A DNA stretch of 64,000 nucleotides from an uncultured Mycoplasmatota bacterium (GTDB taxonomy: Bacteria > Bacillota_I > Bacilli_A > RF39 > UBA660): positions 8,433-72,432 of the forward strand of contig CAMMOI010000001.1 in the NCBI GenBank assembly GCA_946498375.1. Reading direction: 5' to 3'. The notes beneath the pieces are model-generated. The model saw nothing but the letters and a program-made list of their open reading frames with translations, had not been told where the DNA came from and did no database searches. Shown here one piece after another: positions 9,428 to 17,152 of the stretch. Position 1 is the first letter of the stretch. Each line of letters opens with the position of its first letter. A program made the position numbers and the translations under genes.

Positions 9428-9550
9428 AATTTTATGAAATTTCTTTGCAAGCAATTTTTATTCTTTTGATAAAATATAGTACTTATAATTTATTTGTATG
9501 TAGATAATATTGAAATTAATGTTATAATACTCGTAATAGGAGGAAAATTT

Positions 9551-9958
9551 ATGGATGCTAAAAAAATTTCTGATATAGTTATGGAATCAGAAAGACAAGT
9601 AAGTCAAAGAAAACAACTTGATGATAAAACTCAAGAGAAAATAAAAATGTTATATAATATACAAGATGCTGAAACAATTCAAAGGCTAATAAATTTACAA
9701 TTATTTTTTGAACAAACAAAGCATGTAATTATGAGTATAGAGCAACTAATAATATTTTTAAAAACTGCTATTAATTATGATGACATGCAAATATGGATAA
9801 TGAAGCAAAAAATAAATGGTGTACAATTGTCTTTAAATGATACACTAAAAAAATTTTTTGAATTAAAAACAGATGAAGAAATATTAAGACAATATGATGT
9901 TGAACAAAATTACAATACAAATAATATAGCAAGAGTTAGAAAAGTTTTAAAAAAATAA
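9551..9958 (+). CDS. hypothetical protein
   Basis: ORF 9494..9958 trimmed to ATG 9551 after GGAGGA. 135 aa with no recognisable domain. Confidence 0.4.
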   Translation: MDAKKISDIVMESERQVSQRKQLDDKTQEKIKMLYNIQDAETIQRLINLQLFFEQTKHVIMSIEQLIIFLKTAINYDDMQIWIMKQKINGVQLSLNDTLKKFFELKTDEEILRQYDVEQNYNTNNIARVRKVLKK

Positions 9959-10061
9959 AACTTCAAAAGTAAAAATACAAATCGTTTTTATATTAAAATC
10001 TTTTTTGTATTTGGTATACTATTTTTAATTTAAAAATTATTTAAGTTTTAGGAGATAAACA

Positions 10062-10913
10062 ATGATATTACCATTTAATGAGCAAGTTATTAATGATGGA
10101 ACAATTAATAAGGAATCATTTAAATATCCTAATTTTATTGGCTATTTAAATCCATTAGGAGACCCTATTGATTTTAAAGATAAATATGGATATATTGGTC
10201 ATGATTCAACTTTAAATATTCAAGAGTATTTTAGAATATTTTATAATTTGAAAATTAAAGATTATGCGGGAATAAGTCAGTTAGAAAAATATCGAATGAC
10301 AAAAAATTATTTGATTTCTGAGAAAAATAGAAATATTCAGCTTTTGAAGCAATTGTGCGCTAATTTAAAAGAAGAAATAAATAATTATAGTAAACTAGCT
10401 CCGGATATTGTCATAATTGATCGAATGGAATTGGATATTTATAAATTTTTGTTAAATTGTTATAGTGCCAATACTTTTTTTGATGGTGTAGGAAATATTG
10501 TAACTTGTATGTGCGAAAAAGAATTTTGGTACAAAGAATATAAAAATAAAAGATTATATGATATGGACCATAATGACTTTCAAACTGAATATAAAATTTA
10601 TAAAGATGATATTTTGGCTAATGCTTTTAAAGACGTTATGATTCAATATTTAGGTTATCATAGTATAGAAAGAATACCAAAAACTATTACTACGTCTTCT
10701 TTAGAAATATATGAGACATTTTATAATTATTTATTAAATGATTTTACTATTGTTCAACTGCCTAAGATGAATTATGATTTAAATAAAAGAAAATATATTA
10801 ACCAAAATTCTAATTGCTTTTTCTTATCTGATCATCAATTAAGATTAAAAGAAGAAATTCAAGCAATCAAAAAATATGTACCATTAGATCAAAGATCAAA
10901 ATATTATCGTTAG
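10062..10913 (+). CDS. hypothetical protein
   Basis: 283 aa, Tyr/Asn-rich, no recognisable motifs. GGAGATAA SD. Followed by a strong terminator. Confidence 0.4.
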   Translation: MILPFNEQVINDGTINKESFKYPNFIGYLNPLGDPIDFKDKYGYIGHDSTLNIQEYFRIFYNLKIKDYAGISQLEKYRMTKNYLISEKNRNIQLLKQLCANLKEEINNYSKLAPDIVIIDRMELDIYKFLLNCYSANTFFDGVGNIVTCMCEKEFWYKEYKNKRLYDMDHNDFQTEYKIYKDDILANAFKDVMIQYLGYHSIERIPKTITTSSLEIYETFYNYLLNDFTIVQLPKMNYDLNKRKYINQNSNCFFLSDHQLRLKEEIQAIKKYVPLDQRSKYYR

Positions 10914-10961
10914 ATAAATCATTTAAACTTTAAGATTTATATTAAATAATTAATTATATAA

Positions 10962-10996
10962 AAAACCTCGTTTTAAAATTTAAAAACGAGGTTTTT
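10962..10996. terminator. bidirectional intrinsic terminator
   Basis: Perfect 13-bp palindrome AAAACCTCGTTTT-AAAATTT-AAAACGAGGTTTT between convergent genes (10062..10913 + and clpB -). Confidence 0.75.
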
Positions 10997-10999
10997 GTT

Positions 11000-13120
11000 T
11001 TAATCTTTAATTATTAAGTTATTATTTTCTACATCAATTTTAATAGTTGAATTAAATTTTATTTTATCTAAAATAATATTTTTAGCAATTAAGGTTTCTA
11101 GATTACGTGAAACAAATCTTTTAATTGGTCGAGCGCCATATTTTTCATCGTAAGATGAATCAATAATAAAGTCTTTTGCCTTATCAGACAATTGTATTTT
11201 TAAGCGTTTATCTTTTAATCTGTTTTCAATATCACTAATAATTTTATCTAAAATATTATAAACAATATCTTTAGATAAAGAATTAAATATAATTATTTCA
11301 TCAATACGATTAATAAATTCTGGTTTAAAAGTATGTTGTAATTCTTCCATTACAAGTTTATTGGCATTTTCAGTATTTTCTAGAATATATTCGCTTCCTA
11401 AATTAGAAGTCATAATAATTATTGTGTTTTTAAAATCGACGGTGCGACCTTGAGAGTCAGTAATTCTACCATCATCCAATATTTGAAGCAATATATTAAA
11501 AACATCTTTATGAGCTTTTTCAATTTCATCAAAAAGAACTATTGAATAAGGATTTCGACGAATTGCCTCAGTAAGTTGACCTCCTTCATCATATCCTACA
11601 TATCCTGGAGGAGCACCAACTAATCTTGAAACACTGTGAGCTTCCATATATTCAGACATATCTATTCTAACCATATGACGTTCATCATCAAATAGTTCAT
11701 AGGCTAAACTACGGGCAACTTCAGTTTTACCAACTCCAGTAGGTCCTAAGAAAATAAATGAACCAATAGGGCGGTTAGGGTCTTTAATTCCACTACGGGC
11801 TCTAATAATAGCCTCGCTAATTAGTTTTAATGCTTGATCCTGACCCATAACCCTTTTTCTTAGATTATTTTCTAAGTTAATTAATTTTTCTTTTTCACCA
11901 CTAACTAGCTTACTAATTGGAATATTTGTCCATTTAGAAATTATTTTAGCTATGGATTCATCATCAACAACATCACTAAGTAATTTTGATTTAGAGTTAA
12001 ATTTTAAAGTTTCTAGTTCTTCTTGCAATTTAGGAATAATTCCGTGACGTAATTTTGCAGCAGCTTCTAGATCATAATTATTTTCAGCTATTTCTAATTT
12101 ATGCATAGCATTTTCTAATTCTTCTTTTTTGCGATTTATATTGTTACTAACTTCTTTTTCTTGATTCCATTGATCTCTAAGTTCTTTTTCTTTTTCTTGC
12201 AATTGAGAAATTTTAGTATCTAATTCTTTAACTCTTTCCTTAGAAATTTCATCCTTTTCACGTTTTAAAGCTTCACGTTCAATTTGTAGGCGCATAATTT
12301 GTTTGGTTAAGATATCCAAATTAACAGGAACGGATTCCATTTGTACTTTAATAGTAGCACACGCCTCATCAACTAAATCAATAGCCTTATCTGGTAAATA
12401 TCTATTTGTAATATATCTATCAGAAAGAGTAGCAGCAGCAACTAAAGCTTTATCTTTAATAGTTACACCATGATATACCTCAAAACGTGATTTCAAACCA
12501 CGTAAAATGGTAATAGTATCCTCAACATTAGGTTCCTGTACCAAGATTTTTTGAAATCTTCGCTCTAATGCACCGTCTTTTTCTATGTATTTACGATATT
12601 CATTTAAAGTAGTAGCACCTATACAATGAATTTCTCCACGGGCAAGCATAGGCTTTAACATATTTCCAGCATCCATTGCTCCTTCTAAAGCTCCAGCACC
12701 AACTATCATGTGTATTTCATCAATAAACATAATAATTTGGCCATCAGAGTTTTTAACCTCTTTTAATACCGCTTTTAATCTTTCTTCAAATTCGCCTCGA
12801 TATTTTGCACCAGCAATTAATGATCCCATATCTAATTCCCAAATCTTTTTATCTTTTAAACTATTTGGGACATCACCTTTGATAATTCTTTGGGCTAGGC
12901 CTTCAACAATAGCTGTTTTACCAACTCCTGGATCACCAATTAAAACTGGATTATTCTTAGTTTTACGGGATAAAATTCTTGTAATGTTTCTTATTTCTTC
13001 ATCACGACCAATAATTGGATCATTTTTCCCATCTATAACACTTTGAGTAATATCTCTACCATATTTCTCTAAGACATTTTCTAAATTTTCTTGATATTCT
13101 TTTGGGTTATTCATTATCAT
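11000..13120 (-). CDS. clpB: ATP-dependent chaperone ClpB lacking the N-terminal domain
   Basis: Two AAA+ modules ([33 protein letters not shown]), sensor motifs, and a ClpB-length coiled-coil M-domain of about 120 aa between them. The protein begins at the LEKYGRDIT segment that normally follows the about 150 aa N-domain. Confidence 0.85.
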   Translation of the reverse strand: MIMNNPKEYQENLENVLEKYGRDITQSVIDGKNDPIIGRDEEIRNITRILSRKTKNNPVLIGDPGVGKTAIVEGLAQRIIKGDVPNSLKDKKIWELDMGSLIAGAKYRGEFEERLKAVLKEVKNSDGQIIMFIDEIHMIVGAGALEGAMDAGNMLKPMLARGEIHCIGATTLNEYRKYIEKDGALERRFQKILVQEPNVEDTITILRGLKSRFEVYHGVTIKDKALVAAATLSDRYITNRYLPDKAIDLVDEACATIKVQMESVPVNLDILTKQIMRLQIEREALKREKDEISKERVKELDTKISQLQEKEKELRDQWNQEKEVSNNINRKKEELENAMHKLEIAENNYDLEAAAKLRHGIIPKLQEELETLKFNSKSKLLSDVVDDESIAKIISKWTNIPISKLVSGEKEKLINLENNLRKRVMGQDQALKLISEAIIRARSGIKDPNRPIGSFIFLGPTGVGKTEVARSLAYELFDDERHMVRIDMSEYMEAHSVSRLVGAPPGYVGYDEGGQLTEAIRRNPYSIVLFDEIEKAHKDVFNILLQILDDGRITDSQGRTVDFKNTIIIMTSNLGSEYILENTENANKLVMEELQHTFKPEFINRIDEIIIFNSLSKDIVYNILDKIISDIENRLKDKRLKIQLSDKAKDFIIDSSYDEKYGARPIKRFVSRNLETLIAKNIILDKIKFNSTIKIDVENNNLIIKD

Positions 13121-13153
13121 TTCTCCTTTTCCAATTATAATTATATCACATTT

Positions 13154-13180
13154 TTAGCACTTGTCAATATAGAGTGCTAA
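13154..13180. promoter_or_regulatory. CIRCE operator (HrcA binding site)
   Basis: TTAGCACTT-GTCAATATA-GAGTGCTAA matches CIRCE consensus TTAGCACTC-N9-GAGTGCTAA at 17 of 18 positions. On the minus strand it overlaps TTGACA-N16-TATAAT directly upstream of clpB. Confidence 0.75.
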
Positions 13181-13197
13181 TTTTATGGTGTTAATAC

Positions 13198-13226
13198 TTG
13201 CGTATATTGCTAAAATATGCTATAAT
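13198..13226 (+). promoter_or_regulatory. sigma-A-type promoter TTGCGT-N17-TGcTATAAT (copy 1)
   Basis: -35 TTGCGT 13198-13203 and extended -10 at 13218-13226. Leader GGCTAGAAAAGAGGGATTAATATG is identical to the copy at 15297-15319. Confidence 0.5.
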
Positions 13227-13249
13227 CTGGCTAGAAAAGAGGGATTAAT

Positions 13250-14926
13250 ATGTTTGATGAGCTTTTTTACAAAAATCAAGACTTACTAAATAAGTTAAAT
13301 TGTAGTAACGAGCAAATTGAAGAGTGGAAATCATATTTAATACAGATGGCTGGTCTTTTAAAAACAGAGGCACAAACACCACCAATTTTAGTAGAGTATA
13401 CTGAACACATGTTTTTAAATTTTAAAAATATTCTAGAAAGAAAAGAATTAAAAGAAAAAATCAGTGATCTAATTTATGAACGAATGAACTGTAAAGATGA
13501 ACAAAAAAAGGCTGAAATAGAACAGCAGTTAAGTGATTTAGATCAAAAATCTAAAGTTGCTGAGCAACAAAAGATAGATATAAGACAGAAAAATACTTTA
13601 ATACTTAATAAATTTAATCAAGAAATAGCTACTTTGCCTAAAGAAAATCAAGTATCTTTTGAGCAAATAAATCAACAACTAGGTGCTCTTATTTCTAATA
13701 TTAATAATGGTATTAATAAAACTAAAGCACCCCAACCTGAGCCAAAAACAGAATTTAGTGCTGAGGAGTTACAAAAACTCTTAGAAGAGCAAAGAAAAGA
13801 AAACGAACGTTTAAAAAAAGAAAATAAAGATTTAAATGATCAGTTAAATGTAATGCAACAAAGTATGGAAGAATTAAAAAACCAATTAGAAGAACAAAGA
13901 AAATTACTTGAAGATATGAAAAATAATACTTTAGGAACTAAAGTAAAAAATGTTGGTAAAAAAGCTAAAAGAAAAGTAGTTCAAGTAAAAAAATGGGCTA
14001 AAGCAAATCCTAAAAAAACAGCAGCTATTATTGGAACAGTAGCCTTAGCTGGTTTAGTTGGATCTGCCGTTGCTTATGGGCATCCTCTAGCTTTTGCTGG
14101 AAGAGTAGTATCTGCAATGTGGAAACCACTTCATAATGTTGGCCTAGGCGAACCACTTCATAATATTAACCGATTCTTGTTTGGTAAAATTCGAGGAGCA
14201 ACCTTTGATAGTGGAAGAGGACTATGGTTATTAAATGGAACACCATTAAATGATTTAGGAGCATTTGAAACCATTCTTAATAATGTAGTAGGAATGGGTG
14301 CTGGATTAGCAGGCGGAGCAGCAATTGGTTATGGAGCATATAAAGTAGCAAAAAAGGCCAAAAATGCCTGGTTAAATAGAGCCGAAGATGGCTTTATTAA
14401 TAAAATGACTAATAAAATTAAATCATTAGGTGGCAATGTAAAAGCATTTGGGGGAAAAATTAAAAGTAAATTAACTAATATTTTTAAGAAAAAGAAAAAA
14501 ACAAAAGATGATTTTGATGTTATGTCTATGGAAGTAGATCAAGAATTAATTGAAGATTGCTTAGGAGATATTAAAGATGCTACTGTTGATGATTTAATTT
14601 ATTTTCAAAATGATATGATATCTATTGGTAGTTATGTTCAAGAAAATCATGCTTTACCTGATGATATAGAGTATCCATTAACTTTAGGAACTATTGTTGA
14701 AATATGTTCATTATTAGATGATGCATTACAGAAAAAATTTGATGAACATATAGAAAATATGTCTAAAGAAGAATTAGAAAATTTAGCACAAGAATTAGAA
14801 GAAAAATTTCAAAACGAAGCAAATAACAATATAAATTACTTTGATTCTAAATATGGTATCAAATTAAGTGCTGCAATCAATAAGGTAAGCGCTAAAATGC
14901 AAGAACAAACAATGGGAGGAAGATAA
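13250..14926 (+). CDS. paralog 1 of duplicated coiled-coil / glycine-zipper protein, unknown function
   Basis: 558 aa. N-terminal about 230 aa heptad-rich coiled coil with a PQPEPK linker. Lys-rich segment (KNVGKKAKRKVVQVKKWAKANPKK), then about 110 aa Gly/Ala-rich hydrophobic core (AIIGTVALAGLVGSAV...VVGMGAGLAGGAAIGYGAY), a second Lys-rich segment, and a conserved C-terminal ENMSKEELENLAQELEEKFQNEANNNI region. Confidence 0.5.
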   Translation: MFDELFYKNQDLLNKLNCSNEQIEEWKSYLIQMAGLLKTEAQTPPILVEYTEHMFLNFKNILERKELKEKISDLIYERMNCKDEQKKAEIEQQLSDLDQKSKVAEQQKIDIRQKNTLILNKFNQEIATLPKENQVSFEQINQQLGALISNINNGINKTKAPQPEPKTEFSAEELQKLLEEQRKENERLKKENKDLNDQLNVMQQSMEELKNQLEEQRKLLEDMKNNTLGTKVKNVGKKAKRKVVQVKKWAKANPKKTAAIIGTVALAGLVGSAVAYGHPLAFAGRVVSAMWKPLHNVGLGEPLHNINRFLFGKIRGATFDSGRGLWLLNGTPLNDLGAFETILNNVVGMGAGLAGGAAIGYGAYKVAKKAKNAWLNRAEDGFINKMTNKIKSLGGNVKAFGGKIKSKLTNIFKKKKKTKDDFDVMSMEVDQELIEDCLGDIKDATVDDLIYFQNDMISIGSYVQENHALPDDIEYPLTLGTIVEICSLLDDALQKKFDEHIENMSKEELENLAQELEEKFQNEANNNINYFDSKYGIKLSAAINKVSAKMQEQTMGGR

Positions 14927-15207
14927 TGACTAAAGGTGATATAATAACTTTAGAAGATAATGAACAATTTCTTTTATTAATGGAAAATGAAATAGAGGGC
15001 AGAAAATTCTTTTATGCAAACAAAGTAGACAATGAGGAAAATACAACTAGCGAATATGAAATTTTTGAACAATTAACTGAAGATGGCGATAATTATTTAG
15101 AAATTGTTGAGGATGAAGATGAAAGAGAATTTTTAACAAATGTATTTAGTGCTGATTTAGTTGAGTTTGCCTCTGATGTGGAAAGTGGAAAGATTACATT
15201 CGAATAA
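14926..15207 (+). CDS. DUF1292-family small acidic protein
   Basis: 93 aa. ITLEDNEQFLLLMENEIEGRKFFYANKV...YLEIVEDEDEREFLTNVF fits the DUF1292/YrzB pattern. ATG overlaps the upstream stop (TAATG), suggesting translational coupling. Confidence 0.6.
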   Translation: MTKGDIITLEDNEQFLLLMENEIEGRKFFYANKVDNEENTTSEYEIFEQLTEDGDNYLEIVEDEDEREFLTNVFSADLVEFASDVESGKITFE

Positions 15208-15217
15208 TGAAAATAAG

Positions 15218-15243
15218 CTAATACTCTTAAGTATTAGTTTTTT
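15218..15243 (+). terminator. intrinsic terminator after operon copy 1
   Basis: CTAATACT-CTTAA-GTATTAG hairpin followed by T6. Confidence 0.6.
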
Positions 15244-15267
15244 AGTATAATAGTTTTAGGCTTATAT

Positions 15268-15296
15268 TTGCTAATATATAGGATTAATGCTATAAT
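15268..15296 (+). promoter_or_regulatory. sigma-A-type promoter TTGCTA-N17-TGcTATAAT (copy 2)
   Basis: Duplicate of the 13198-13226 promoter with an identical downstream leader and SD. Confidence 0.5.
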
Positions 15297-15319
15297 TTGG
15301 CTAGAAAAGAGGGATTAAT

Positions 15320-16984
15320 GTGATTGATGAGCTTTTTGACAAATATCAAGATTTGCTAAACAGATTAAATTGTAGTAACGAGCAAATTAAAGACTGGAAA
15401 CAAATTTTAACAAAAATGTCTGACTTTTTAAAATCTGAATCAGAAAAAGTAAGTGCTGTTGTAATAGAATATGCTGAGCAAATTTTTTTGAGTTTTGAAA
15501 ATATTTTAGAAAAAGAAAAGTTAAAAGAAAAAAAGAATATTTTAATTAATGAACGCGATAATTGTAAAGATGAAGAAAAAAAGTCTGAAATAGAAAAGCA
15601 ATTAAGTGATTTGGAACAAAAATTTAAAATCATTGAGCAACAAAGAGTAGAACTACGTCAAAAAAATAATATAGTATTTAATAAATTTAATCAACAAATT
15701 AATACTTTATCTGAAAAAGATCAAAATGCTTTTGATAAAGTAAACCAACAGTTAGGTAAATTAATTACTAATGTTAATGCTGGTATTGATAAGCCAAAAA
15801 CACCACAGCCTGAGCCCAAAGTAGAGCTTAGTGCTGAGGAGTTACAAAAACTCTTAGAACAGCAAAGACAAGAAAATGAACGTTTGAAAAAGGAAAATCA
15901 AAATTTAAAAAATCAGTTAAATATAATGCAACAAAGTATAGAAGAATTAAAAAAGCAATTAGAAGATCAGAAAAAATTTCTTGAAGAAATGAAAAATAAT
16001 ACTTTAGGAACTAAAGTAAAAAATGTTGGTAAAAAAGCGAAAAGAAAAGTAGTTCAAGTAAAAAAATGGGCCAAAGCAAATCCTAAAAAAACAGTAGCTA
16101 TTATTGGAACAGTAGCCTTAGCTGGTTTAGTTGGATCTGCCGTTATTTACGGACATCCTCTATCTTTTGCTGGAAGAGTAGTTTCGGCTTTGTGGAAACC
16201 ACTTCATAATGTAGGCCTAGGAAAACCACTTCATAATATTAACCGATTCTTATTTGGTAAAATTAGAGGAGCAACCTTTGATAGTGGAAGAGGACTATGG
16301 TTATTAAATGGAACACCATTAAATGATTTAGGAGCATTTGAAACCATTCTTAATAATGTAGTAGGAATGGGTGCTGGATTAGCAGGTCTTTCTGCGGTTG
16401 GTTATGGAGCATATAAAGTAGCAAAAAAGGCTAAAAATGCTTGGTTAAATAGAGCTGAAGATGGCTTTATTAATAAAATGACTAATAAAATCAAATCATT
16501 AAGGGGAACTTTAAAAAATAAGCTTACAAATAGATTTAAAAGAAAAAAAGATTTAATTGAAGATTATGATATTATGAGTCCGGTTGTAGATGCAACTTTA
16601 ATTGATGAAATTTTGCCCGATTTAGAAACTATAAGTATAGAAGAATTGATATATTTACAAAAATATATAAGTGAAGTTAATATATATATTTATAATAATC
16701 ACAAATTACCTGAGGATATTAATGTTCCATTAAATTTAGGGACTATAGAAGAAATTTTAAAAATAATAGACAAGGAGTTACAAATTAGATTTGATGAGTA
16801 TATAGAAAATATGTCTAAAGAAGAATTAGAAAATTTAGCAAAAGAATTAGAAGAAAAATTCCAAAATGAAGCAAATAATAATATTGATTATTTTGATCCT
16901 AAATATGGTATAAAATTAAGTGTAGCAATTAACAAAGTTAGTGCTAAGATTCAAGAGCATATAATTGTGACAAAAAAGATTTAA
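15320..16984 (+). CDS. paralog 2 of duplicated coiled-coil / glycine-zipper protein (GTG start)
   Basis: 554 aa, collinear with 13250..14926. The Gly-zipper core and C-terminal 60 aa are near-identical even at nucleotide level; the coiled-coil and the region before the C-terminus are diverged. Starts at GTG in the position of the copy-1 ATG. Confidence 0.5.
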   Translation: MIDELFDKYQDLLNRLNCSNEQIKDWKQILTKMSDFLKSESEKVSAVVIEYAEQIFLSFENILEKEKLKEKKNILINERDNCKDEEKKSEIEKQLSDLEQKFKIIEQQRVELRQKNNIVFNKFNQQINTLSEKDQNAFDKVNQQLGKLITNVNAGIDKPKTPQPEPKVELSAEELQKLLEQQRQENERLKKENQNLKNQLNIMQQSIEELKKQLEDQKKFLEEMKNNTLGTKVKNVGKKAKRKVVQVKKWAKANPKKTVAIIGTVALAGLVGSAVIYGHPLSFAGRVVSALWKPLHNVGLGKPLHNINRFLFGKIRGATFDSGRGLWLLNGTPLNDLGAFETILNNVVGMGAGLAGLSAVGYGAYKVAKKAKNAWLNRAEDGFINKMTNKIKSLRGTLKNKLTNRFKRKKDLIEDYDIMSPVVDATLIDEILPDLETISIEELIYLQKYISEVNIYIYNNHKLPEDINVPLNLGTIEEILKIIDKELQIRFDEYIENMSKEELENLAKELEEKFQNEANNNIDYFDPKYGIKLSVAINKVSAKIQEHIIVTKKI

Positions 16985-16995
16985 TATTTTTATAA

Positions 16996-17022
16996 GATAA
17001 CGATAAAATCGTTATTTTTTTT
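16996..17022 (+). terminator. intrinsic terminator after paralog 2
   Basis: GATAACGAT-AAAA-TCGTTAT hairpin followed by T8. Confidence 0.6.
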
Positions 17023-17152
17023 AATAATTTTTATAGAATTAAAACTTATAAAATATATTATTTACAGCTAGAAATTATTTCAAAATTAAATTTTATTAAT
17101 TGTACAAATTAAATTATATTTTGATATATATAGTTAGGGTGTTAAAGTAAAA

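Larger units (their letters stand above)
13190..16990 (+). repeat. tandem duplication of about 2 kb operon unit (promoter + large paralog)
   Basis: Units 13190-15245 and 15260-16990 share promoter, leader and RBS, and long identical nucleotide stretches in the gene core, e.g. ACTTTAGGAACTAAAGTAAAAAATGTTGGTAAAAAAGC... Confidence 0.7.

Noticed and set aside
12708-13046. 112 aa ORF on + strand inside clpB
   Set aside because: Lies antisense within a strongly supported 706 aa ClpB coding region. Low-complexity Ser/Pro/Ile translation typical of the reverse frame of an AT-rich gene.
15346-15633. 95 aa ORF antisense in paralog 2
   Set aside because: Serine/Phe-rich low-complexity product antisense to a supported CDS.
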